DNA of 42,264 nt from Patescibacteria group bacterium (lineage in GTDB: Bacteria; Patescibacteriota; Minisyncoccia; Phycocordibacterales; UBA6065): NCBI GenBank assembly GCA_028866595.1, contig JAGWHV010000002.1, forward strand, positions 1 to 42,264, written 5' to 3'. The position numbers were made by a program, and so were the translations under genes. Below are positions 1-8,022 of the stretch, piece after piece; the stretch's first letter is position 1; each line of letters begins with the position of its first letter. The notes beneath the pieces are model-generated. The model was not told the DNA's origin, did not search any database, and was given only the letters and a program-made list of their open reading frames with translations.

Positions 1-2264
1 CTAAGACCAAGAAATCGGCGACCATCGTCGGTGACGTGCTCGGCAAGTACCACCCTCACGGCGACGCCTCGGTATATGACGCTATGGTCAAGATGACCCA
101 GGATTTCTCCATGCGCTATCCGCTCATCATTGGCCAGGGAAACTTCGGCTCGGTCGACGGCGATGGCGCGGCCGCATACCGATACACCGAGGCAAAGATG
201 TCCCGGTTGTCCGGCGAATTGCTCCGCGATCTGGAAAAGGACACGGTCGACTTCCGGCCGAATTACGACAATACCAAGAAGGAGCCCTCTGTTCTTCCGA
301 CGGCCGTGCCCAATCTGCTTTTGAATGGCACGCTCGGCATCGCCGTCGGCATGGCCACGAACGTTCCGCCCCATAACCTCGGCGAAGTCATCGACGCCAC
401 GGTCCATCTCATCGAGAATAAAGATGCGACGACGGAGGATCTCCTCAAATTCATCAAGGGCCCGGATTTTCCGACGGGCGGCACTATATATAGCGAGAAA
501 GATATCCAGCACGCATACAGCACAGGCAAGGGCGGCGTCATTACCCGCGGCGATGCCGAGATCGTCGAGAGCAAGGCTGGCCAGTACCAGATTGTCATAA
601 CTTCGATACCGTACCGCGTCGTCAAAGCTGATCTCATTATGGCGATCGCCGACCTCGTCCGCGACAAGAAGATCGAAGGCATCAAGGGCCTTCGCGATGA
701 ATCGGCCAAGGACATCCGCATCGTCGTCGACCTTAAACAAGGCGCCCAGCCGCAAAAAGTCCTCAATTTTCTTTACAAGCACACCCAGCTCGAGGACACC
801 TTCCACCTCAACATCGTCGCTCTCGTCAAAGGCCGGCCGGAGACGCTTTCGCTCAAGTCCATCCTTGAGAGCTTTGTCGAGCATCGTGTCGAGGTCGTCA
901 AGCGCCGCACGGCCTTTGACCTCAAGGAAGCCGAGGCTCGCGAGCATATCCTCCTCGGTCTTAAGAAAGCTCTCGATCATATCGACGAGATCATCAAGCT
1001 CATCAAAAAATCGAGTTCCGTCGAGGACGCCCGGATAGCCTTGATGAAGACATTCAAATTCTCCGAGATCCAGGCCCAGGCCATCCTCGATATGCGCCTC
1101 CAAAAACTTGCCGGCCTCGAGCGCAAGAAGATCGAGGACGAGCTCGACGCCGTCCAAGCGCTCATCAAAGAGCTCAAAGAGCTCCTTGCTTCGCCGAAAA
1201 AGATCCTTGCCGTCATTAAAAAGGAGCTGGCCGACATCAAAGAGAAATACGGCGACCCGCGTCGGACGAAAGTCATTCGAAGCGGCGTCAAGGCGCTCTC
1301 CGACGAAGACCTCATCCCTGACGTTGAAAGCGTCCTCGTCCTCACCCAGGGCGGCTACGTCAAGCGGACGATGCCCGATGAATACCGCAAGCAACGTCGC
1401 GGAGGCGTCGGCGTCGTCGACCTCGACACCAAGGAAGAGGACTTCGTGACAAATCTCGTGACGACGAACACGCACGCCGACATCCTCTTCTTTACCGACA
1501 AAGGCAAGGCATATCAGATCAAGATGTACGAATTGCCCGAAGGCCGCCGCGCCACCAAAGGCAAAGCGCTCGTCAATTTCCTCTCTCTCGGCGACAGCGA
1601 AAAAGTCACGTCCATCCTGCCGATGCCAAAAGAGTCCAAACAATCGAGCCTTTCGATGATGATGGTCACAAAACTCGGCACGGCCAAGAAAGTAAAGGCC
1701 GAGTCATTCCACGACGTCCGCAGGAGCGGCATCATCGCCATCACCCTCGAGCCGGGCGACTCTCTCATGTCCGTGTCGTTCGTCTCGAAAGGCGACGAGA
1801 TGTCGATCGTCACCGCCCTTGGCCAGTCGATCAGGTTCAAAGAGTCCGACGTTCGCGAGATGGGCCGGTCGGCCATGGGCGTTCGCGGCATCAATCTCGC
1901 TAAGAGCAAAGGACAGAGCGACTACGTCGTCTCCGCCGACGTCGTCAGGAAAGACATGAAGAATCCGCGGATCATGGTTATATCCAAGAACGGCTATGGC
2001 AAAACGACCGAAGCAGGGGAGTACAAGACGCAGAATCGCGGCGGCTCGGGCATCCTTACGATGAATGTCACCGACAAAACTGGTCAGGTCATCGCCGCTA
2101 AAGTCGTCACCGACGAGGATAGCGAGCTCGTCGCCATGTCGAAAAAATCGCAGGTCGTCCGCATCGATATCAAAGAGATCCCCGTTCTCGGCCGATCGAC
2201 CCAAGGCGTCCGCGTCATGAAGCTCCGCGAAGGCGATTCGCTCGCGAGCGTGGTGTGTTTGTAG
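1..2264 (+). CDS. gyrA: DNA gyrase subunit A, 5'-truncated by the window edge
   Basis: Frame 3 is open from base 3 ([21 protein letters not shown]..., the conserved GyrA region). About 754 aa lie in the window, with repeated C-terminal blades. Stop at 2262-2264. Confidence 0.95.
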   Translation, partial: KTKKSATIVGDVLGKYHPHGDASVYDAMVKMTQDFSMRYPLIIGQGNFGSVDGDGAAAYRYTEAKMSRLSGELLRDLEKDTVDFRPNYDNTKKEPSVLPTAVPNLLLNGTLGIAVGMATNVPPHNLGEVIDATVHLIENKDATTEDLLKFIKGPDFPTGGTIYSEKDIQHAYSTGKGGVITRGDAEIVESKAGQYQIVITSIPYRVVKADLIMAIADLVRDKKIEGIKGLRDESAKDIRIVVDLKQGAQPQKVLNFLYKHTQLEDTFHLNIVALVKGRPETLSLKSILESFVEHRVEVVKRRTAFDLKEAEAREHILLGLKKALDHIDEIIKLIKKSSSVEDARIALMKTFKFSEIQAQAILDMRLQKLAGLERKKIEDELDAVQALIKELKELLASPKKILAVIKKELADIKEKYGDPRRTKVIRSGVKALSDEDLIPDVESVLVLTQGGYVKRTMPDEYRKQRRGGVGVVDLDTKEEDFVTNLVTTNTHADILFFTDKGKAYQIKMYELPEGRRATKGKALVNFLSLGDSEKVTSILPMPKESKQSSLSMMMVTKLGTAKKVKAESFHDVRRSGIIAITLEPGDSLMSVSFVSKGDEMSIVTALGQSIRFKESDVREMGRSAMGVRGINLAKSKGQSDYVVSADVVRKDMKNPRIMVISKNGYGKTTEAGEYKTQNRGGSGILTMNVTDKTGQVIAAKVVTDEDSELVAMSKKSQVVRIDIKEIPVLGRSTQGVRVMKLREGDSLASVVCL

Positions 2265-2270
2265 CAAAAG

Positions 2271-2382
2271 AAAAGAGCCGGATATTCCCGTCGAAAACCA
2301 CGAAAAATCTCTGCTGAGATTTTTCTCTCTCCGGCGCCGCCGCGCCTACGAAGGGTTTTCTCAAGGAATATCCGGCTCTTTT
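2271..2382. terminator. ~112-nt nested inverted-repeat element downstream of gyrA (copy A); possibly a complex bidirectional terminator
   Basis: Perfect 18-bp arms AAAAGAGCCGGATATTCC (2271-2288) / GGAATATCCGGCTCTTTT (2365-2382). Inner stem GAAAACC/GGTTTTC (2293-2299 / 2354-2360). Internal hairpins at 2302-2325 (10 bp, loop TGCT) and 2333-2346 (5 bp). The arms carry an A-tract and a T-tract. Confidence 0.5.
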
Positions 2383-2389
2383 CATCTGT

Positions 2390-2395
2390 TATAAT
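2390..2395 (+). promoter_or_regulatory. -10 box TATAAT, 6 nt before the ATG at 2402 (leaderless-type arrangement)
   Basis: TATAAT at 2390-2395 and ATG at 2402. No Shine-Dalgarno sequence fits in between. Confidence 0.45.
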
Positions 2396-2401
2396 CAAAC
2401 C

Positions 2402-2929
2402 ATGTTCTCAGATCCCCAGCACAATATCGAACAGTTCGGTCTTTCTGATGGCGCGATAGTGGCCGATCTCGGGGCGGGGTCGGGATTTTATGCGATAGCT
2501 GCCGCCAAGGCCGTCGCACCCAGAGGGAAAGTCTATGCCGTCGACGTAAAGCGCGACCTTCTCGAACGGCTCAAGCGCGAGGCGGTTCGCGAGCATATTC
2601 ACAACATCGAGATCCTCGCCGGCGACCTCGAAAAGCTCGGCGGCTCGAAGATCAGGGAATCGTCGTGCGATGTCTGCATCGCTTCGAACATACTTTTCAT
2701 GATCGAAGACAAGAAAAGCTTCTTTCTCGAGGCGAGGCGCATCCTCAAAGGTGGCGGCCGCCTATTCCTCATCGACTGGTCGGCGTCCTTCTCCCAGATG
2801 GGGCCGCATCCCGACCATGTCGTCTACAAGGACGCTGCTCGAGAGCTCTGCCGTCAAGCGGGCTTCGAATTCGAACGAGAGGTGAATGCCGGCTCGCATC
2901 ACTATGGTATAATTTTCCGCAAGAAGTAG
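2402..2929 (+). CDS. class I SAM-dependent methyltransferase
   Basis: 175 aa. Motif I VADLGAGSGFYA. Downstream acidic and hydrophobic motifs are typical of the Methyltransf_11/25 fold. Confidence 0.8.
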   Translation: MFSDPQHNIEQFGLSDGAIVADLGAGSGFYAIAAAKAVAPRGKVYAVDVKRDLLERLKREAVREHIHNIEILAGDLEKLGGSKIRESSCDVCIASNILFMIEDKKSFFLEARRILKGGGRLFLIDWSASFSQMGPHPDHVVYKDAARELCRQAGFEFEREVNAGSHHYGIIFRKK

Positions 2930-2938
2930 CGCACAGAG

Positions 2939-4237
2939 ATGACCCGTTTCCAGCTCATATTCACTGGAGTACTCGTAGCCTTGGGCATAGCCGGAGCGGT
3001 GATTTTTGCCATATCCAAGAACGGGAGCTCGCAAGGGCCGGCGGCTGTCGTCATGTGGGGCACGATACCGGCCGACGAGATGAATAGCTTCCTATCGAAA
3101 GTCACGCCGGATAATCGCTCGACGCTCAACGTCTCGTATGTTCAGAAGGACTCATCGACATTCGAGTCTGATCTCATCGCCGCCCTCGCCAATGGCCAGG
3201 GCCCGGACATGGTGCTCTTGCCCCAGGATCTCATCCTCAAGGAGCTTAACAAGTTCTATGTCGTACCCTTTGCTAATTATTCGGAACGGACGTTCCAGGA
3301 TTCTTTCATCCAAGAAGGCGAGCTCTATCTGACCTCGAACGGCGTCATCGGTTTCCCGTTCACTGTCGATCCGATGGTCATGTACTGGAATCGCGACACG
3401 TTCTCGAACGCCGGCGTGTCCGAACCGCCAGTGAGCTGGGCCCAATTCTTCGACCTTGCGCCGAAGATGACCATCAAGGACTCGAACAATAATATCGTCG
3501 AGAGCGCGCTCGCCTTCGGCGAGTCGACCAATGTCGCGCATTTCAAGGATATCCTCTCGCTCCTCTCGCTCCAGGCTGGCACGCCGATCGTCGCCGCCGA
3601 CAGCCAAGGCAATCTCAAGAGCGAACTCGACGCGAGCATAGGTCAAGGCCTCGTGCCGGGCGAAGAGGCGCTCTCGTACTTCACCCAATTCTCTAATCCG
3701 CTCAAGACCATATATTCTTGGAATCGGGCGATGCCTCTCGATCGCGATGCGTTCGTCGCTGGCCAGCTCGCCGTCTATTTCGGCTATGCGAGCGAGCTCA
3801 CGGCTATCCGCGCCGCCAATCCGAATTTGAATTTCGACGTAGCCATGGTGCCGCAGAGCGGCACCAAGAAACTGACGTTCGGCAACATGGAAGCCATCGC
3901 TTTGCTCAAGAGCTCGAAGAATGTCTCTTCGGCATTCACCGCCGCGGTGACGCTCACGAGCGCTCCGCTCGCCACCGAGTGGTCGAGCGAGACTGGCATG
4001 CCGCCAGTCAGGCGCGACTTGCTCGCGACTCTGCCGGGCGATGCGGCTGCGTCGATCTTTTACCAGAGCGCCCTCATCTCGATCGCTTGGCTCGATCCGA
4101 ACAGGGAAGCGACCGCCCAGGTGTTCTCTGCTATGGTCGAAAACGTCATTTCCGGCAATCTGCTCGTCTCCGATTCCGTCAAGGCCGCGAGCGACTCGAT
4201 CGACAGCTATCTCCGGGCCGATTCTTCCGGATCGTAA
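2939..4237 (+). CDS. extracellular solute-binding protein (ABC-type, family 1-like) with N-terminal membrane anchor
   Basis: 432 aa. N-terminal hydrophobic helix (LIFTGVLVALGIAGAVIFAI). The body resembles sugar/oligosaccharide SBPs (PDMVLLPQD..., MVMYWNRD...). No permease or ATPase gene is adjacent. Confidence 0.6.
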   Translation: MTRFQLIFTGVLVALGIAGAVIFAISKNGSSQGPAAVVMWGTIPADEMNSFLSKVTPDNRSTLNVSYVQKDSSTFESDLIAALANGQGPDMVLLPQDLILKELNKFYVVPFANYSERTFQDSFIQEGELYLTSNGVIGFPFTVDPMVMYWNRDTFSNAGVSEPPVSWAQFFDLAPKMTIKDSNNNIVESALAFGESTNVAHFKDILSLLSLQAGTPIVAADSQGNLKSELDASIGQGLVPGEEALSYFTQFSNPLKTIYSWNRAMPLDRDAFVAGQLAVYFGYASELTAIRAANPNLNFDVAMVPQSGTKKLTFGNMEAIALLKSSKNVSSAFTAAVTLTSAPLATEWSSETGMPPVRRDLLATLPGDAAASIFYQSALISIAWLDPNREATAQVFSAMVENVISGNLLVSDSVKAASDSIDSYLRADSSGS

Positions 4238-4253
4238 CAGCTCATAACGTCAC

Positions 4254-4742
4254 ATGAAGCGCATCATCGCCATCTCAATGATCTCTCTCATCGTCGCCGC
4301 GACCTTCGGCGGAGCGGTGGTGTTCGCTGCCCAATCACCGAGTCAGACGGCGGGTTCTGCCTCACCCCAATCATCAAGTTTCCAACTCGTCTCGTGTAAT
4401 CCGACGATCGATCCGTCAGGCCAGTTTGTCCAAGGCACTGAATGTGACTACAGCCAGCTCATCGCTACAGCGACAAGGATCATTATGTTCGTGCTCTATA
4501 TCCTTACGCCGCTTGTCATAGGCATGATCCTCTATGCAGGCTTTAAATACATGATGGCGGGTAGCGATGCGCGCCTTCTGGAAGACGCAAAAAAAATGTT
4601 CAAGCCCATCCTCATCGGCGTCTTCTTTATTTTCGCCGCCTGGCTTATCGTCTATACTATACTGAACGGCCTCCTTGCGAGTCAGATCGGCGATGTAAAA
4701 AAGACCGACATCATCCCCACGACTCCTAATTCAACACAATGA
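4254..4742 (+). CDS. small secreted/membrane protein, TrbC/VirB2-like (T4SS-pilin-like) topology, paralog 1
   Basis: 162 aa. Layout is signal peptide, Cys-containing segment, TM1, charged loop (AGSDARLLEDAKK), TM2. ATGA overlap with the next gene. Confidence 0.6.
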   Translation: MKRIIAISMISLIVAATFGGAVVFAAQSPSQTAGSASPQSSSFQLVSCNPTIDPSGQFVQGTECDYSQLIATATRIIMFVLYILTPLVIGMILYAGFKYMMAGSDARLLEDAKKMFKPILIGVFFIFAAWLIVYTILNGLLASQIGDVKKTDIIPTTPNSTQ

Positions 4743-5281
4743 AAAAGACATCGATCATATTCGCGGTCGCCCTGGCTTCGCTTTTGTTCGCGCAGACAGC
4801 TTTCGCTTTGACCGCCGCGCCGGGCTCGGCGAATTCTCTTCTTACGGGACCATCTCAAGATCAGACGAACCCGAGTACGAGTCAGACCAACCTGCCGCAA
4901 AGCAGTACGAATGCGCCTCAAAGCAGCACTAATCCTCCGCAGTCGACGACGAATCCACCTCAATCGACGACAAATGCAAACACAGGCGCGACATCTCCGT
5001 CTTCGGCGCTAGGCACGATCCCGAATCCACTCAACGGTGTGAATAGCCTCTCTGATCTGTTCTACAAGATCGTCAACCTCGTCGTGAGCATAAGCTATGT
5101 AGTCGTTGCTTTTTTCCTTATCTTGTCTGGATTTAAATTCGTTACAGCCCAGGGGAACGAGAGCAAGCTCGAAGATGCAAAGAGCACTTTTTTTCACACG
5201 GTCATCGGCGCTTTCATCGTCATCGGCGCCCAGGTTATCATCGATGTGGTCAAGAGCATATTCACGAGCTTTGTCTCCTGA
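4739..5281 (+). CDS. small secreted/membrane protein, T4SS-pilin-like, paralog 2, with S/T/P/Q-rich repeat region
   Basis: 180 aa. Signal peptide (AFA), low-complexity PQS(S/T)TN(A/P) repeats, then TM1, loop (AQGNESKLEDAKS), TM2. It shares the KLEDAK loop with paralog 1. Confidence 0.6.
   Translation: MKKTSIIFAVALASLLFAQTAFALTAAPGSANSLLTGPSQDQTNPSTSQTNLPQSSTNAPQSSTNPPQSTTNPPQSTTNANTGATSPSSALGTIPNPLNGVNSLSDLFYKIVNLVVSISYVVVAFFLILSGFKFVTAQGNESKLEDAKSTFFHTVIGAFIVIGAQVIIDVVKSIFTSFVS
4895..4978 (+). repeat. 4 x 21-nt imperfect tandem repeat inside paralog 2
   Basis: Encodes PQSSTNA PQSSTNP PQSTTNP PQSTTNA (residues 53-80 of the ORF). Confidence 0.85.
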
Positions 5282-5319
5282 CAAAATAAAAAGCCGTCGT
5301 CTTGACGGCATTGTGAGAG

Positions 5320-6147
5320 CTATCTCCTCTCGATCGTGAAGGGCTCGTCTGGCGACCAGAAAACCACTCCGTCGGCGTCGTGGATATCGAATCTTCCGTC
5401 GACAAGACGGACAGGCATGGTCTCTTCCCAATGATGAAAGCCGTGGCGGTATAAAAGCACTGCCTGGAGGCCGGAAAAGAAGTGAAGCACTATACGCCCG
5501 CTTTTGATTTGACGGCTCGAAAACTCTTCAGACCTCTCTCCCGGGGAATAGGTGCGCATCCCGCAGAGCTTTTTCACGGGCGTGCTGTCTATTGTCCCTG
5601 TACTCGGTGATGGGACGGTAGGATTTGGTCTATCGACGACAGATCGCGGTTGAGGAGTGTCGGAAAGACTTTCCTCCGGCTCGGCATCTCGGTGTCGTAG
5701 GATATTTCGGAGAGCCTGCTGGGTTTTCTCATTTCCTGAATTGATATCGTGCCGCATCTGACCGTTCGTCTCAGCGAGCGTCGCTCCGACATTGATGGCG
5801 GTCTCCGCGACGTTTTGGAGACCTCTCTCGACCCTTCCTGTCGCCGTCTCAATAGTCTCACGCGTCTTATCTCCGTCTGACGAAAGCGACTCCTTCATCT
5901 GCGTCGTCGCATCAGCTATGGCCGATTTGATGTCCGAGTATCCCATCGTCTCCAGTCGCGACGATGCGCGGTTTCCCGTGACCATCATAACGGCGAGAAT
6001 GCATACGAGAATGGTCGTATACAAGAACAACGTCTCGGGCTTGCTCCACAACCTCTTTTTCCGTCGCCTTTTTCTTTGCACGACTGGCGTAGAAGTCATT
6101 TTCCGTGAGGACTGATTTCCTGGGCTCATGTGATCTTTCAAATGCAA
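5320..6147 (-). CDS. hypothetical single-pass membrane protein (start codon uncertain)
   Basis: 275-aa ORF. Basic N-terminus (RKRRRKKR), then a TM (LFLYTTILVCILAVMMV). No recognisable domain. A hairpin GCCGTC/GACGGC (about 5293-5310) with a T-run on the minus strand follows the stop. Confidence 0.5.
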   Translation of the reverse strand: MHLKDHMSPGNQSSRKMTSTPVVQRKRRRKKRLWSKPETLFLYTTILVCILAVMMVTGNRASSRLETMGYSDIKSAIADATTQMKESLSSDGDKTRETIETATGRVERGLQNVAETAINVGATLAETNGQMRHDINSGNEKTQQALRNILRHRDAEPEESLSDTPQPRSVVDRPNPTVPSPSTGTIDSTPVKKLCGMRTYSPGERSEEFSSRQIKSGRIVLHFFSGLQAVLLYRHGFHHWEETMPVRLVDGRFDIHDADGVVFWSPDEPFTIERR

Positions 6148-6336
6148 GAGAATAGCGAAGCGCGGCCCGCGCTTCCTTGCAGGTACTATTCTGGATATAG
6201 TACGAATGGTTTAGGAAACCATATTCATCGCTCGGCAAACGCCGCGGCGCTCGGGCTGGGGATAAATACGGCGAATATCGACCAGGTCTGATATACTTAG
6301 GATGCAATTTTTGATTATAAAGGTTTACTCAGCACT

Positions 6337-6744
6337 ATGAAGAAAGCTTTCATTATCGGCGCCAGTATCGTCGCTTTGACGCTCTTTTCGGCCTCGACCG
6401 TTTTCGCTGCCGCTACACTCGCACCGGCGGCCGCGTCACAAGCGAATTTGGGTGCCTGTTCTTCGCTCACTACTTATGGTCTGACCGGTGTCGTAAGCTG
6501 CATCATAAGCATATTGAATAACCTTGTTATTCTCCTCATCGCCGGGGCCGTCGTGTATATCGTCTATGGCGCGTTTGAGATGATTCGGAGCGAGGAAAAG
6601 AGAGAAAGCGGCCGTCAGACCATCGTCTATGGCATCATAGGGCTATTCGTGATGATCTCGATCTGGGGCTTCGTTAACATCCTGAGCAGCACATTCAAGC
6701 TCCAATCTGGTCCGATAACTCCTCCAGCGCTCGTAAATCAGTAA
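6337..6744 (+). CDS. T4SS-pilin-like small membrane protein, paralog 3
   Basis: 135 aa. Signal peptide (VFA-AA), TM1, loop MIRSEEKRESGRQ, TM2 IVYGIIGLFVMISIWGFVNIL. TM2 is nearly identical to that of paralogs 4 and 5. Confidence 0.65.
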   Translation: MKKAFIIGASIVALTLFSASTVFAAATLAPAAASQANLGACSSLTTYGLTGVVSCIISILNNLVILLIAGAVVYIVYGAFEMIRSEEKRESGRQTIVYGIIGLFVMISIWGFVNILSSTFKLQSGPITPPALVNQ

Positions 6745-6840
6745 TTTGGGATATCCCCATACGCCGATTTTCCGCCTGTTTTTCTTGGTACAATAGAGGG
6801 GCAAATGATTTTGCGGCATTATTATAAGTTTTAGCGATAT

Positions 6841-7203
6841 ATGAAAAAATTCAGCTACATAGCGGTATTGGCTGCGGCGCTCCCGTTCTCGGCGGATGCC
6901 GCGATCAACAACGTCTGGGACATCTTCCGCTTTATCCAGAGCCTTCTCAACACGATCCTGCCTCTCATCATAGCGGCGGCAGTCGTTTACTTCGTGTGGG
7001 GCATGTTCCAGCTCTTTCTCGCTGGCGATGAGGAAAAGAAGGAGAAAGCCAAGACGACGGTCATATACGGCGTCATCGCGATATTCGTGATGATCTCGAT
7101 CTGGGGCCTCGTCAATATCCTCGTCAACACCTTTGGCTTGAGCAACGTCTCGCCGACATCGAACGGCACAAATCAGCTTCCATCCGTTCCGATAAACGGC
7201 TAA
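6841..7203 (+). CDS. T4SS-pilin-like small membrane protein, paralog 4
   Basis: 120 aa. Signal peptide, TM1, loop AGDEEKKEKAKT, TM2 VIYGVIAIFVMISIWGLVNIL. Confidence 0.65.
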   Translation: MKKFSYIAVLAAALPFSADAAINNVWDIFRFIQSLLNTILPLIIAAAVVYFVWGMFQLFLAGDEEKKEKAKTTVIYGVIAIFVMISIWGLVNILVNTFGLSNVSPTSNGTNQLPSVPING

Positions 7204-7207
7204 GCCG

Positions 7208-7465
7208 ATGAACACGAACGCGCTGAACTATCCTGTAGTCCAGAAGCTGTTCACGCTTGTTGTAAATCCTGTAGTCGAGCTACTCTTTGCCGCGGCTGCT
7301 TTCTACTTTATTTGGGGCGTATTCAAGTACATCAGGAACTCTGATGACCCGAGCGGCAGGGAAGAGGGCGGTAAGCATATCTTATATGGCATCATCGGCT
7401 TGTTCATCATGTTCTCCGTGTGGGGAATAATTCAAGTCGTGAGGAGCACTCTCGGGGTTCATTAA
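7208..7465 (+). CDS. T4SS-pilin-like small membrane protein, paralog 5 (no obvious signal peptide)
   Basis: 85 aa. TM1, loop NSDDPSGREEGGKH, TM2 ILYGIIGLFIMFSVWGIIQVV. Confidence 0.6.
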   Translation: MNTNALNYPVVQKLFTLVVNPVVELLFAAAAFYFIWGVFKYIRNSDDPSGREEGGKHILYGIIGLFIMFSVWGIIQVVRSTLGVH

Positions 7466-7489
7466 GACATTCGACTGAAGAAATAAAAA

Positions 7490-7513
7490 GGGCCGGAGCG
7501 AAAGCTCCGGCCC
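7490..7513. terminator. bidirectional intrinsic terminator between convergent genes
   Basis: GGGCCGGAGC-gaaa-GCTCCGGCCC (10-bp stem). An A-run lies before it and a T-rich tract after it. Confidence 0.8.
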
Positions 7514-7518
7514 TTGTG

Positions 7519-8022
7519 TTAGAGCCTGGTTGCCCTCTCAACACGGAACGCCACGGTTGTTCCCACGGGTTCCAGCCGTTCGTAGGCGACATCGCCGGGA
7601 GTGAATGACACTCCTACTTTGCCGACGGTCGATGCTTTCATCGTGTCGCCGGTGAACGTCTTGTACTCGATGGGGACCTTGGCGTATGCCGGCCAGACGT
7701 GGACGACATATCCCGTGACGGGAATCCAGGAACTCTGCTCGCCGGGGTGGATGACAACGACGTCGGTCATCTGTCCCGGCTGAAGCGAGGAGTATGGATC
7801 CTCCGGCTTCGGCGCTGCCGCCGCTCGCGGTTGAGTCCCGACATTCGGGGTGCCGCTCGCGGCGAGGGTGCCCGTCTGGGCGAGCGCGGTCGCGGCCACC
7901 TGCTGTTTGGCGGTTGAGATGTGAGTCTTGACCGCCAACGTGACGAGACAGATGGCTGTCACGATTATAAGGGTGCCGCCGATTCGGTTGGTGATCTTCA
8001 TCACCTTCTCCGTCGTTGTCAT
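7519..8022 (-). CDS. hypothetical membrane-anchored protein, translationally coupled to the upstream gene
   Basis: 167 aa. N-terminal TM (IGGTLIIVTAICLVTLAV), A/P-rich linker, beta-rich C-terminal part. The start overlaps the upstream stop as ATGA (8019-8022). Confidence 0.6.
   Translation of the reverse strand: MTTTEKVMKITNRIGGTLIIVTAICLVTLAVKTHISTAKQQVAATALAQTGTLAASGTPNVGTQPRAAAAPKPEDPYSSLQPGQMTDVVVIHPGEQSSWIPVTGYVVHVWPAYAKVPIEYKTFTGDTMKASTVGKVGVSFTPGDVAYERLEPVGTTVAFRVERATRL

Noticed and set aside
2271-2382. Integron attC site interpretation of the long imperfect palindromes (also 21041-21158)
   Set aside because: No RYYYAAC/GTTRRRY core sites lie at the ends, no extrahelical-base pattern is recognisable, and no integron integrase is nearby. 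The A/T tracts on the arms fit terminator-like hairpins better.
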